Shown in pieces: positions 9,234 through 17,519 of a stretch of DNA of 64,000 nucleotides (the stretch's first letter is position 1; each line of letters starts with the position of its first letter). This stretch comes from Escherichia phage mobillu. The translations under genes and the position numbers were made by a program. The stretch is from sequence record MN850622.1; one strand, given 5' to 3'. The notes under the pieces were generated by a model. It was given only the letters and a program-made list of their open reading frames with translations. It had not been told where the DNA came from and searched no databases.

Positions 9234-9567
9234 TCTCGATGATTTAAATCTAGAAATCGTTGATGAATCCCCTTCTTCGGAAGGGGAAGACATTCGCAAA
9301 GAACGAGTGTTTAATGAATCTCTTAAAATTGTCCGTTCAGCAATGGAAAATGTCATTCAAGAGATTCTGATTACACTTGAAGACGGTTCCCATCATATAG
9401 TCTATATTACAAAACTAGACTGGGTTGATGGTAAAATCGTAATGGACTTTGCAGTTCTTGACCAGGACAGAAAAGCAGAACTTGCACCGCACGTTGAAAA
9501 ATGTGTTACAATGCAAGTACAACAAGCTTTTAATGAACGAACCAAGAAAAAATTTAAATTCTTTTAA
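9226..9567 (+). CDS. 40: gp40 head vertex assembly protein (positional homolog)
   Basis: ATGAATAA overlap with uvsX stop; position between uvsX and 41 as in T4; ORF-track start 9205 is TTG, first ATG is 9226. Confidence 0.6.
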   Translation: MNNLDDLNLEIVDESPSSEGEDIRKERVFNESLKIVRSAMENVIQEILITLEDGSHHIVYITKLDWVDGKIVMDFAVLDQDRKAELAPHVEKCVTMQVQQAFNERTKKKFKFF

Positions 9568-9576
9568 GGAGTTATC

Positions 9577-11019
9577 GTGGTAGAAATTATTTTGTCTCAT
9601 CTAGTATATGACCAGGCTTATTTTTCTAAGGTCTGGCCTTATATGGATTCTGAGTATTTTGAGCGTGGACCGGCAAAAAATGTCTTTAAAATTATAAAGA
9701 GCCACGTTAACGAATATAATGCAATGCCATCTATCAATGCGTTAAAGGTGGCTTTAGATAACAGTTCTTTAACTGAAGCCGAATATAAAGGAACTTCAGA
9801 CCTAATTGAAAAATTGGCTGATACTCCTGAAGACCATGAATGGTTGGTTAAAGAAACTGAGAAATATGTCCAGCAAAAAGCGATGTATAATGCTACATCC
9901 AAAATCATTGAGATTCAGTCTAATGCTGAACTACCTCCAGAACAACGTAACAAGAAAATGCCTGACGTAGGAGCTATTCCTGATATTATGCGTCAAGCAC
10001 TTTCAATTTCGTTTGATAGTTATGTTGGTCATGACTGGATGGAAGACTACGAAGCACGCTGGCTTTCTTATCTAAATAAAGCACGTAAGGTCCCGTTCAA
10101 ATTAAACATTTTGAATAAAATCACTAAAGGTGGTGCTGAAACAGGTACACTAAACGTTTTAATGGCCGGTGTTAACGTTGGTAAATCTTTAGGCCTTTGT
10201 TCACTTGCTGCAGATTATCTTCAAACAGGTCATAACGTTCTTTATATTTCTATGGAAATGGCTGAAGAAGTTTGTGCTAAGCGTATAGATGCAAACATGC
10301 TTGACGTATCACTCGATGATATCGATGATGGTAACGTATCTTATGCTGAATATAAAGCCAAGATGGAAAAATGGCGTTCAAAAACAACATTAGGACGTTT
10401 AGTAGTTAAACAGTATCCCACTGGTGGAGCTAATGCTAATACATTTCGTGCATTGCTTAATGAGTTAAAACTTAAGAAGAACTTTGTGCCATCTGTAATC
10501 ATGGTTGATTACTTAGGTATTTGTGGGTCTTGTCGTATCAGAGTTTACACTGAAAATAGCTACACATTAGTTAAAGCTATCGCAGAAGAACTTCGTGCAT
10601 TAGCAGTAGAATCTGAAACAGTTCTATGGACTGCAGCTCAAGTAGGACGGGCAGCATGGGATGCTTCGGATATGAACATGAGCGATATTGCAGAATCAGC
10701 AGGTTTACCAGCAACGGCAGATTTCATGTTGGCCGTAATTGAAACCGAAGAACTTGCACAAGCTGAACAACAACTTATCAAACAAATCAAATCACGATAC
10801 GGCGATAAGAATAAGTGGAATAAATTCCTGATGGGTGTACGTAAAGGCAACCAGAAATGGATTGAGATTGAGCAAGAAGGCATGAACACACCTAACACAG
10901 TAAATGAAAACGCAGGTGCTCAGATGCGTCAGGCAGAGGTGAATCGTACGGAACGCGTAGGTAAAGCCAAAGCAACACGTGCTGACCTAGATAGCTTAGC
11001 CAATGAGTTAAAATTTTAA
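9577..11019 (+). CDS. 41: gp41 replicative DNA helicase (DnaB-like)
   Basis: Matches remembered T4 gp41 (MVEIILSHL..., Walker A GVNVGKSLG); GTG start preceded by AAGGAG. Confidence 0.95.
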   Translation: MVEIILSHLVYDQAYFSKVWPYMDSEYFERGPAKNVFKIIKSHVNEYNAMPSINALKVALDNSSLTEAEYKGTSDLIEKLADTPEDHEWLVKETEKYVQQKAMYNATSKIIEIQSNAELPPEQRNKKMPDVGAIPDIMRQALSISFDSYVGHDWMEDYEARWLSYLNKARKVPFKLNILNKITKGGAETGTLNVLMAGVNVGKSLGLCSLAADYLQTGHNVLYISMEMAEEVCAKRIDANMLDVSLDDIDDGNVSYAEYKAKMEKWRSKTTLGRLVVKQYPTGGANANTFRALLNELKLKKNFVPSVIMVDYLGICGSCRIRVYTENSYTLVKAIAEELRALAVESETVLWTAAQVGRAAWDASDMNMSDIAESAGLPATADFMLAVIETEELAQAEQQLIKQIKSRYGDKNKWNKFLMGVRKGNQKWIEIEQEGMNTPNTVNENAGAQMRQAEVNRTERVGKAKATRADLDSLANELKF

Positions 11020-11025
11020 TAAAAA

Positions 11026-11045
11026 GGAGACTTCGGTCTCCTTTC
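11026..11045 (+). terminator. intrinsic terminator candidate (UUCG tetraloop hairpin)
   Basis: GGAGAC-TTCG-GTCTCC followed by TTTCGGGGTTT, just after gene 41. Confidence 0.5.
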
Positions 11046-11048
11046 GGG

Positions 11049-11078
11049 GTTTACATCTTCCTCTAGGCATGATATGAT
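11049..11078 (+). promoter_or_regulatory. T4-type early promoter
   Basis: GTTTAC 11049-11054, 18 bp spacer, TATGAT 11073-11078. Confidence 0.55.
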
Positions 11079-11107
11079 GTACTTACACCAACCAAGAGGA
11101 AAACATT

Positions 11108-11482
11108 ATGAATATGTCTCAAGCAATTTTTACTGTAATCACCGAAAACACAACTGTTGAAGTAGTTTCTCCACTGGCAACCTACGTTATTCTTGCTCCT
11201 AAAACTATTGTATCTCGTATGGAAAACATGGGCAAACGTATCGTACAAATAGTTGGAGCCGGAAATCAAAAACTTGATTATCTACGAACCATCAAAGCTT
11301 ATGAACATTTCCAACTCGAAAAAGGTTCTCCTATCCAGGTAGAACTCGTAAATGGTGATATCGTTCGAGCAATGTTCCATCATTTCTATGCATTGAATGA
11401 CCCATCTAAAGCGGTTCGTTTAATTGCATACGACGCAAACCAAAACGAAATCAACGCAGATGTATCTAAATTACGTTTTTAA
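11108..11482 (+). CDS. hypothetical protein (124 aa)
   Basis: ORF with RBS aagaggaaaacatt; no recognisable motif. Confidence 0.55.
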   Translation: MNMSQAIFTVITENTTVEVVSPLATYVILAPKTIVSRMENMGKRIVQIVGAGNQKLDYLRTIKAYEHFQLEKGSPIQVELVNGDIVRAMFHHFYALNDPSKAVRLIAYDANQNEINADVSKLRF

Positions 11483-11537
11483 GTTTACTTCTCCAGTAGT
11501 TGTGTTATTATAGATCTATCAACTACTGGAGAACAAA

Positions 11538-11855
11538 ATGAAAACCATCGATTGTAAAGCAGAATTTAAGATTTTTTATCACGGTTCAAGTAGTTCAGCT
11601 AACATCGAAAACATGCTTTGTCCTCCTGAAGAAACAGGAGTTCTGTCTGAAACTGGACGTAAGAAAAACTTGGATCGTGTATTCTTTACTGAAGATATCG
11701 GTTTAGCAAAGATTTATGCAGGACGAGCAGCACGCTCTTATGGAGGTGAACCACGTCTCTATCGAGTAATTTCTCCGGTAGATGTAGTTCAAATGAATGA
11801 TACTAAAGGCGCTACAGTTTATCACGCTGAATGGGCATTTTGCGAGGAAATATGA
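11538..11855 (+). CDS. hypothetical protein (105 aa) with FYHGSSS motif
   Basis: ORF with RBS; a YHGS-type motif is reminiscent of H-Y-E class ADP-ribosyltransferases, but the protein is very small. Confidence 0.5.
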   Translation: MKTIDCKAEFKIFYHGSSSSANIENMLCPPEETGVLSETGRKKNLDRVFFTEDIGLAKIYAGRAARSYGGEPRLYRVISPVDVVQMNDTKGATVYHAEWAFCEEI

Positions 11856-12040
11856 GCAAATTAACTAAAGTTACTTTTATCGGTTGGTTTAAAAGCGGTG
11901 AGATGTTCACTAAAGATATCATGTTATCAGGTGATCGCGAAGAAATCGAGTGGGTTACGGTACAACTTGCTGAAGTGAACAAAGCATTAGTTAAAGCATT
12001 TGTTAATGACGAGAAAGTTTTCGAAGCAGATTTTCGATAA
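11852..12040 (+). CDS. dmd: Dmd antitoxin (discriminator of mRNA degradation; inhibitor of host RnlA/LsoA toxins)
   Basis: Matches remembered T4 Dmd: VTFIGWFKSGEMFTKDI...QLAEVNKALVKAFVNDEKVFEADFR; ATGA-coupled start. Confidence 0.85.
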   Translation: MSKLTKVTFIGWFKSGEMFTKDIMLSGDREEIEWVTVQLAEVNKALVKAFVNDEKVFEADFR

Positions 12041-12052
12041 TTTTAAATAGCT

Positions 12053-12082
12053 GTTTACAAGCCCCACATACTGTGTTACTAT
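12053..12082 (+). promoter_or_regulatory. T4-type early promoter
   Basis: GTTTAC 12053-12058, 18 bp spacer, TACTAT 12077-12082. Confidence 0.55.
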
Positions 12083-12110
12083 CTTTCTATCAACTACAGA
12101 GGAAATTGAA

Positions 12111-12479
12111 ATGAAAAAATTAATCGCTTTAGCAATGGTATTTGGATTAACCGGATGTGGTGCCCATGGCTTTATCCCTAATAATGTTGGCCAACTGATT
12201 TATAATCCGAATGTTAAACAGTACGACCAACCTAAAGTTGAAGTGGAAGACCCGGTTACTGTAGGTAATCGAATGATTCAAGCTGATGCCCATGCTCAAC
12301 GTTATCGTGACTCTGATACTGTAGCATTGTCAAAAGAACAGCGCGTTAAAGAACATTGCTTACAGGCTACTGAAATCGCATTCATTCGCTATGTTGAAAC
12401 AACCGGTAAAGAGCCTACCCAGAAACAAATCGCGAATAACTACGTCCAGTGTATTGAACGTTTAAACAAATTTAATTAA
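12111..12479 (+). CDS. predicted lipoprotein (122 aa)
   Basis: Signal peptide MKKLIALAMVFGLTGC with lipobox L-T-G-C. Confidence 0.6.
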   Translation: MKKLIALAMVFGLTGCGAHGFIPNNVGQLIYNPNVKQYDQPKVEVEDPVTVGNRMIQADAHAQRYRDSDTVALSKEQRVKEHCLQATEIAFIRYVETTGKEPTQKQIANNYVQCIERLNKFN

Positions 12480-12482
12480 TTG

Positions 12483-12512
12483 GTTTACACCAAAGTTAAA
12501 ATAAGATACTAT
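12483..12512 (+). promoter_or_regulatory. T4-type early promoter
   Basis: GTTTAC 12483-12488, 18 bp spacer, TACTAT 12507-12512. Confidence 0.55.
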
Positions 12513-12540
12513 AAACATAACAAATCAAGAGGAAATTAAC

Positions 12541-12789
12541 ATGGAATTATTCGTAGCTAGTTCAGTAGCAGTTTTAATCGCAGGTATTGGTTCAATCATC
12601 ATTTACATGTTGCCTTGGGTAATCGCACTTATTCGTGGCACAAAAAGCACAACAGCAATCTTCTTTGTATCTTTACTCTTTAACTGGACGATGGTTGGTT
12701 GGATTGGAACTTTAATTTGGTCTATCATTGCCGAAAAGAAATCGGCTCAGCAGCCTCAACAAGTAATTATTATTCGCGAAAAAGAATAA
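12541..12789 (+). CDS. small inner-membrane protein, superinfection-immunity (Imm) family-like
   Basis: Two hydrophobic segments; LFNWTMVGWIGTLIWSI resembles the superinfection-immunity family motif; 82 aa, similar in size to T4 Imm. Confidence 0.45.
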   Translation: MELFVASSVAVLIAGIGSIIIYMLPWVIALIRGTKSTTAIFFVSLLFNWTMVGWIGTLIWSIIAEKKSAQQPQQVIIIREKE

Positions 12790-12793
12790 ACTT

Positions 12794-12823
12794 GTTTACA
12801 TTATAGATGGACTATAGTATAGT
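12794..12823 (+). promoter_or_regulatory. T4-type early promoter
   Basis: GTTTAC 12794-12799, 18 bp spacer, TATAGT 12818-12823; -10 region embedded in inverted repeat GGACTA...TAGTCC. Confidence 0.55.
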
Positions 12824-12852
12824 AGTCCTATCAAATCAACTAAGGAGTTAAA

Positions 12853-13146
12853 ATGAAAAAGTTATCATTGGCAGCAATCTTACTTGCAGTATCATGTGCA
12901 CCGGCTCCAGTTACGGCAGGTTATGATAAAGACCTCTGTGAGTGGTCAATGACTGCAAATCAAGAAGATGTTGAACAACAAATCTTCTCTGATATCATGA
13001 ACATCACTAAACGAGACCGTCCTAATATGGTTAATAAAGTTGTTGAACAACTTAAGTCTGGCGGTATCATGCAGTACAACTATGTTTTGTATTGTGACCC
13101 TAATTTCGATAACAAAGATATCGTAACCGAAATCACAGGTGAATAA
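12853..13146 (+). CDS. sp: Spackle (Sp), periplasmic superinfection-exclusion protein / lysozyme inhibitor
   Basis: Signal peptide plus AGYDKDLCEWSMTA...MQYNYVLYCD matching remembered T4 Sp; 97 aa. Confidence 0.85.
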   Translation: MKKLSLAAILLAVSCAPAPVTAGYDKDLCEWSMTANQEDVEQQIFSDIMNITKRDRPNMVNKVVEQLKSGGIMQYNYVLYCDPNFDNKDIVTEITGE

Positions 13147-13147
13147 T

Positions 13148-13798
13148 ATGATTTATTATATGCACAAAAATGCGCCATTTAAATATGGTAAATTTCCTAA
13201 TGCACAATGTTATAATATAACGCCGAATGAAAATAATAACGGATACCATCTCGGTGTAATTTTTGTAATTGTTAAAGATAACGAAATAGTTGCCTGGGCA
13301 GATTTTAAAGGTACAACATATGATGTTAATCCTGTGCCTTTCACATATTACAATATAATGGATTTGGCATATGATTATAATTGGTTTAATCATGACACGT
13401 TGGCTCATATTGAAGGTGTAGGATTTGACATCTCTTATTCTAGCTATTCATTATGTCCTATGAGCCGAGCTCACGGTAAAGATGTATCATATCTTTCAAT
13501 TCGGAAACGTGTAAACTTCAAACGTAGTACAGAGTATGTTGGTGGACTCTTTGTTAAAGATAATAAAATAACCCGTATTAGTTATCCTCTAAGTGTAGGC
13601 CAAAAAGATGTTGATGTTGATTTGGACTTAACTGAAAATAACATTAATCGTATTGCTTCTGTATATTTTGATATCGATGAAAAAATTGTAGTGTGTGGAT
13701 ACGAATTACCACCTGAAGAAAAGGCCGAAGCAATTGAAGTCGAATTAGAAATTTCTGTTGATGACCAAATATTTAATGCATTTATGAATCGAGGTTAA
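13148..13798 (+). CDS. hypothetical protein (216 aa), AT-rich coding sequence
   Basis: ORF with AGGTGA RBS; first ATG at 13148 (track start 13139 is GTG); visibly AT-rich codons. Confidence 0.55.
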   Translation: MIYYMHKNAPFKYGKFPNAQCYNITPNENNNGYHLGVIFVIVKDNEIVAWADFKGTTYDVNPVPFTYYNIMDLAYDYNWFNHDTLAHIEGVGFDISYSSYSLCPMSRAHGKDVSYLSIRKRVNFKRSTEYVGGLFVKDNKITRISYPLSVGQKDVDVDLDLTENNINRIASVYFDIDEKIVVCGYELPPEEKAEAIEVELEISVDDQIFNAFMNRG

Positions 13799-13799
13799 A

Positions 13800-13997
13800 A
13801 TGACTACTGCAATTTGCACTGGTTCTAAAATTAGTGTTTTTACAAGTTTTGAAGATTATGAAGTTGTTTCAAAACACCAATGCCATATTAGCGTAAAAGC
13901 TAATGATGGTGTAATTTGGAATATTCCACAGTATGAAGGCACTACATATGAAGTCACAGATATAAATGGTGACAAAGCAATCTTTGTAATTGATTAA
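13800..13997 (+). CDS. hypothetical protein (65 aa)
   Basis: Tightly packed after upstream stop; no motif. Confidence 0.4.
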   Translation: MTTAICTGSKISVFTSFEDYEVVSKHQCHISVKANDGVIWNIPQYEGTTYEVTDINGDKAIFVID

Positions 13998-14016
13998 ATA
14001 TACTCAGGAGGTACCT

Positions 14017-14484
14017 ATGGGTATTATTAACACTGCAATAGATTCTGTTTATGCATATAAGTTTATTCGACTAATGCAAAAACCTTTTACTGAATGGAAA
14101 GCATACGAAGCCAAAATCATCGATGAACGTGGAAGTGTTCTTAAACGCCCTTCCACTCCTGAAGAGAAAGCGGCTTATACACCTTTTCATGCTTCAGTTC
14201 GTTCAATGAAGCGAATGATGAGCACTGTTCCAGGTCTTAATGGAATGGCCTCAATGATGTCTGCCTGGAGTGCTGTAGCTTCACGCTATAACATTACGGA
14301 AGAACAACAGAAAGAAATATTTAAAGAACTCCCTTTATTTGAGGATATGGTTGCTGGTGATTCAGGCGACAGTCCTCAAGCTATTGCATCAGGAACAACT
14401 ACAGGTGCAGTCGTAAATAAAGGTCCAGAACAAATTCCTTCCAAGAAAAGAAAGCGAATTAAAGTAAATATTAATAAGTTGTGA
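14017..14484 (+). CDS. hypothetical protein (155 aa)
   Basis: Start with strong RBS caggaggtacctATG; basic C-terminal tail KKRKRIKV. Confidence 0.55.
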   Translation: MGIINTAIDSVYAYKFIRLMQKPFTEWKAYEAKIIDERGSVLKRPSTPEEKAAYTPFHASVRSMKRMMSTVPGLNGMASMMSAWSAVASRYNITEEQQKEIFKELPLFEDMVAGDSGDSPQAIASGTTTGAVVNKGPEQIPSKKRKRIKVNINKL

Positions 14485-14490
14485 TATGAT

Positions 14491-14510
14491 GGCCTTATTA
14501 ATTTAAGGCC
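14491..14510 (+). promoter_or_regulatory. hairpin immediately upstream of primase RBS
   Basis: GGCCTTA-ttaatt-TAAGGCC, 7-bp stem, no U-run. Confidence 0.3.
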
Positions 14511-14523
14511 TCTGGAGAATACT

Positions 14524-15546
14524 ATGGCTGAATGGATAGATAATGAATTTGCTTATCGTGCGTTTTCTCACCTACCTCGTTTTAGACAAATCAATAATTC
14601 AAGCACATTTAAATTAACATTTCGATGTCCAGTTTGTGGCGACTCTCAGACAGATGCAATGAAAGCTCGCGGTTGGTATTATGGCGGTACTCCTGGTAAT
14701 GTACATTGCTATAACTGTCAATACCACAATACAATTTCCGGATACTTAAAGGAGTATGATGAAGAGCTTTATCGCGAATATCTAATGGAAGTTCGTAAAG
14801 AAAAAGCTAGAATGGAACCAAAGATTGAAAAGGTTCCTGAAGCTAAGCCAGAGCCAGAGAAAAAGACTATAAATTCTTTGCCGTCTTGTTCTCGTCTGGA
14901 CAAGTTGCCTGAAGAGCATCCTATTGTGAAATATGTTAAGTCTCGGTGTATTCCTAAAGAATCATGGAACAGATTATGGTTCACATTAGAATGGCCCAAA
15001 TTGGTCAACAAGATTCAACCTGGTACGTATAAGAAAGAGATTCCCGAACCACGTTTAGTGATTCCTATTTTTAATAAAGATGGTAAGGCCGAGTCATTCC
15101 AAGGACGTGCACTTCGTAAAGATGCTCCTCAGAAATATATCACTATTAAAGCGTTTGAGTCTGCAACAAAAATTTATGGTGTTGAACGTGTTAAGGAAGG
15201 GGACGTCTGGGTAATGGAAGGCCCTATTGATAGTTTATTCATACCCAATGCAATCGCTATTACAGGCGGCTCAATAGATTTAGATGTGGTACCATTTAAA
15301 GAACGTCGGGTATGGGTAATGGATAATGAACCTAGGCATCCGGATACTATAGCTCGCATGAAGCGATTAGTTGATGCAGGCGAACGTGTCATGTTCTGGG
15401 ATCGAGCTCCATGGAGATCAAAGGATGTGAATGATATGGTAATGAAAGAAAATGCAACACCACAAGAAATTTTAGAATATATGAAACAGAATATTTCAAG
15501 TGGGTTGCATGCTAAAATGAGATTATCTCGTTATTCGAAGATTTAA
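14524..15546 (+). CDS. 61: DNA primase gp61
   Basis: Matches remembered T4 gp61 (zinc finger CPVCGDS...CYNC, Toprim region RVWVMDNEPRHPDT). Confidence 0.95.
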   Translation: MAEWIDNEFAYRAFSHLPRFRQINNSSTFKLTFRCPVCGDSQTDAMKARGWYYGGTPGNVHCYNCQYHNTISGYLKEYDEELYREYLMEVRKEKARMEPKIEKVPEAKPEPEKKTINSLPSCSRLDKLPEEHPIVKYVKSRCIPKESWNRLWFTLEWPKLVNKIQPGTYKKEIPEPRLVIPIFNKDGKAESFQGRALRKDAPQKYITIKAFESATKIYGVERVKEGDVWVMEGPIDSLFIPNAIAITGGSIDLDVVPFKERRVWVMDNEPRHPDTIARMKRLVDAGERVMFWDRAPWRSKDVNDMVMKENATPQEILEYMKQNISSGLHAKMRLSRYSKI

Positions 15547-15740
15547 ACAAGCCCTATAATAGCAAAGGCCAAATCAACTACAGTATCCAATGGAACAGAA
15601 GGAACCATAACACCATGGGCAACTAACAATGGTGCAATCCCGAAGTTCCATGAAATAATGCCACCTACAACTATTGCAGCGATAGCAGTTTTCTTTTTAT
15701 TGCCTTTAATAGCGTTGATTAACGATGGAAGTTTAAACAT
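15543..15740 (-). CDS. small hydrophobic membrane protein (65 aa) encoded antisense to neighbouring early genes
   Basis: Minus-strand ORF in the 61-56 gap with strong RBS AAGGAGatatcATG; two hydrophobic segments. Confidence 0.5.
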   Translation of the reverse strand: MFKLPSLINAIKGNKKKTAIAAIVVGGIISWNFGIAPLLVAHGVMVPSVPLDTVVDLAFAIIGLV

Positions 15741-15828
15741 GATATCTCCTTAGTTACCTATTATTTATTACGCTTTATAAAATTAATGTTAGAATTAACT
15801 CTCTTATACTGAATTGAAAGGAAAAATA

Positions 15829-16350
15829 ATGGCACACTTTAACGAATGTTCACAACTTATTTCTGGTGTTGATAAAGCAGAAGAAGCTTATTTTAATGCT
15901 CTGATTCACGAAGATAAAGACCCACTGCAGGTAATGCTTGATATGCAGAAATCTTTACAGGTTCGTCTGGCAAATGACAAGCCTGAACATAACAAACATC
16001 CTGATGAATTGGCCACTGCTGGCGATGTTGTTGATTGGCTGCGTAATCAGAAAGATTATATTGATGATGAATTTCGTGAACTGCTGACTTCACTTGGTGG
16101 TATGTCCAACGGTGAAAAAGCTGCCAGCTCTGTGTGGAAGCCATGGAAAGCACAACATGCTGAATATCGTAATCGTCGTATTGATGAACTGTCTCCTGAA
16201 GACCAGCTCGAAATTAAATTCGAAATGATTGATATTCTGCACTTCGTTCTGAACATGTTCCAAGGTCTGGGTCTTTCTGCCGAAGAAATCTTTAAACTGT
16301 ATTATCTGAAGAATGCTGAAAACTTTGCTCGTCAAGACCGAGGTTATTAA
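15829..16350 (+). CDS. 56: dCTP pyrophosphatase (dCTPase/dUTPase)
   Basis: Position between 61 and soc and size as T4 gp56; start at ATG 15829 after aaaggaaaaataATG (track start 15814 is TTG). Confidence 0.7.
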   Translation: MAHFNECSQLISGVDKAEEAYFNALIHEDKDPLQVMLDMQKSLQVRLANDKPEHNKHPDELATAGDVVDWLRNQKDYIDDEFRELLTSLGGMSNGEKAASSVWKPWKAQHAEYRNRRIDELSPEDQLEIKFEMIDILHFVLNMFQGLGLSAEEIFKLYYLKNAENFARQDRGY

Positions 16351-16523
16351 TGGCTCGTTTAAATAAACGTCAGCTTAAGAAAGCTCATAAGAAACGTATT
16401 GACCAACTATTTAAAAATGATAACAGTGAGCTTATTTGTAAGCTCCTGTCTAATCAGCTTCAGCATGTTAGTCAATTATCAGACCATCTACATATGGTTG
16501 ATTGGGTTGCAAATGAAACTTGA
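16350..16523 (+). CDS. hypothetical small basic protein (57 aa)
   Basis: TAATG coupling to gene 56 stop; alternative frame to the 5' part of track ORF 16399..16737. Confidence 0.3.
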   Translation: MARLNKRQLKKAHKKRIDQLFKNDNSELICKLLSNQLQHVSQLSDHLHMVDWVANET

Positions 16524-16737
16524 TTTTTATGCATGGCAAAAAGCCGGGAGACCGGCTAATAAAGCATTCGGCTCTGATGGATATAATACTAGACTCCACT
16601 GGAAATTTAATACTCCAGATGATTATTCTCCGGTAATAATTAACGGTGATGTTGTTATATTAGCTAAATTCGGATATTTTATTGTACCGAAGAAATTCAT
16701 TATAAATACACCTGTAACTAAACAACAAAGGAGTTAA
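16513..16737 (+). CDS. hypothetical protein (74 aa)
   Basis: Internal ATG of track ORF 16399..16737; the upstream part of that ORF overlaps the coupled 57-aa frame. Confidence 0.3.
   Translation: MKLDFYAWQKAGRPANKAFGSDGYNTRLHWKFNTPDDYSPVIINGDVVILAKFGYFIVPKKFIINTPVTKQQRS
16701..16708 (+). promoter_or_regulatory. late promoter (TATAAATA) for soc
   Basis: Exact TATAAATA about 30 bp upstream of the soc start. Confidence 0.6.
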
Positions 16738-16739
16738 TT

Positions 16740-16976
16740 ATGGGTGGTTATGTAAACATCAAAACCTTTACGCATCCTGCTGGTGAAGGTAAAGAAGTTA
16801 AAGGTATGGAAGTTTCTGTGCCGTTTGAGATTTATTCAAACGAACATCGGATTGCAGATTCTCATTACCAAATCTTTCCATCAGAAAAGGCAGCTTATTC
16901 TACTGTAGTTTCTGATGCAGCTGACTGGAAAACTAAGAACGCTGCAATGTTTACCCCTACACCAGTAAGTGGTTAA
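16740..16976 (+). CDS. soc: Soc small outer capsid protein
   Basis: GYVNIKTF...YQIFPSEKAAYSTV matches remembered T4 Soc. Confidence 0.9.
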   Translation: MGGYVNIKTFTHPAGEGKEVKGMEVSVPFEIYSNEHRIADSHYQIFPSEKAAYSTVVSDAADWKTKNAAMFTPTPVSG

Positions 16977-16983
16977 ATAATTT

Positions 16984-17011
16984 AAGGAATCCTTCGGGAT
17001 TCCTTTTTTTG
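16984..17011 (+). terminator. intrinsic terminator (UUCG tetraloop hairpin + U7)
   Basis: GGAATCC-TTCG-GGATTCC followed by TTTTTTT. Confidence 0.8.
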
Positions 17012-17019
17012 TTTCTACA

Positions 17020-17049
17020 GTTTACAACAACTAAAAACTGTGTTAAGAT
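17020..17049 (+). promoter_or_regulatory. T4-type early promoter
   Basis: GTTTAC 17020-17025, 18 bp spacer, TAAGAT 17044-17049. Confidence 0.45.
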
Positions 17050-17077
17050 ATTTTTACTTACTCAAGAGGAGAACAAT

Positions 17078-17305
17078 ATGTTAAATCGTTGGATTAAACC
17101 TAATAACACATTAGGTGCTTTGATTGCTCAAGAAGTTTCGTTGAAATACGGTCTTGGATATTACGATGATGTAGTCGTACACTCATTCATGATGGATGGT
17201 GAAGACGTCAAATTTAATGTCGAAATCCGTTGGGATGATGGTGGTGTTCGTTTTGTTCGAGGAACAATTAATGCTTACGATACTGAAGAAGTTGTTTGCT
17301 GTTAA
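17078..17305 (+). CDS. hypothetical protein (75 aa)
   Basis: Start after RBS caagaggagaacaat; track ORF start 17009 lies inside the promoter. Confidence 0.5.
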   Translation: MLNRWIKPNNTLGALIAQEVSLKYGLGYYDDVVVHSFMMDGEDVKFNVEIRWDDGGVRFVRGTINAYDTEEVVCC

Positions 17306-17318
17306 GCCAGGCGAAGGT

Positions 17319-17519
17319 ATGATGCCTATTCCTGATACACACGAAAAAAGTTGGGAATATATCGGTGACGGCATGATGGAAGAAGTTGTTCGTCCAAAAA
17401 CAAAACATGTTAATGCTTCAAGCTCTTCAAGTTATAATCATTCATACGTATCGTCTTGGCCTGGTGATTCTGGGTCAAGTTATTCTGATTGTGGTTCAAG
17501 CTCAGGGAGCTGCGAATGA
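17319..17519 (+). CDS. hypothetical protein (66 aa) with Ser/Gly-rich C-terminus
   Basis: ATGATG start after GAAGG; tail SSSSSYNHSYVSSWPGDSGSSYSDCGSSSGSCE. Confidence 0.45.
   Translation: MMPIPDTHEKSWEYIGDGMMEEVVRPKTKHVNASSSSSYNHSYVSSWPGDSGSSYSDCGSSSGSCE

Noticed and set aside
8379-9356. Minus-strand ORFs within uvsX and gene 40
   Set aside because: Embedded antisense to UvsX, which is near-identical to T4; spurious.
15762-15828. Early promoter upstream of gene 56
   Set aside because: Candidate -35 (TTAGAA) and -10 (TATACT) have only about 10 bp spacing; no convincing GTTTAC-N17/18-TATAAT arrangement, so not called.
17196-17318. N-terminal extension of track ORF 17196..17519 overlapping the upstream gene
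   Set aside because: Overlaps the 17078..17305 gene in another frame; a downstream ATGATG with an SD-like GAAGG gives a non-overlapping 66-aa CDS.
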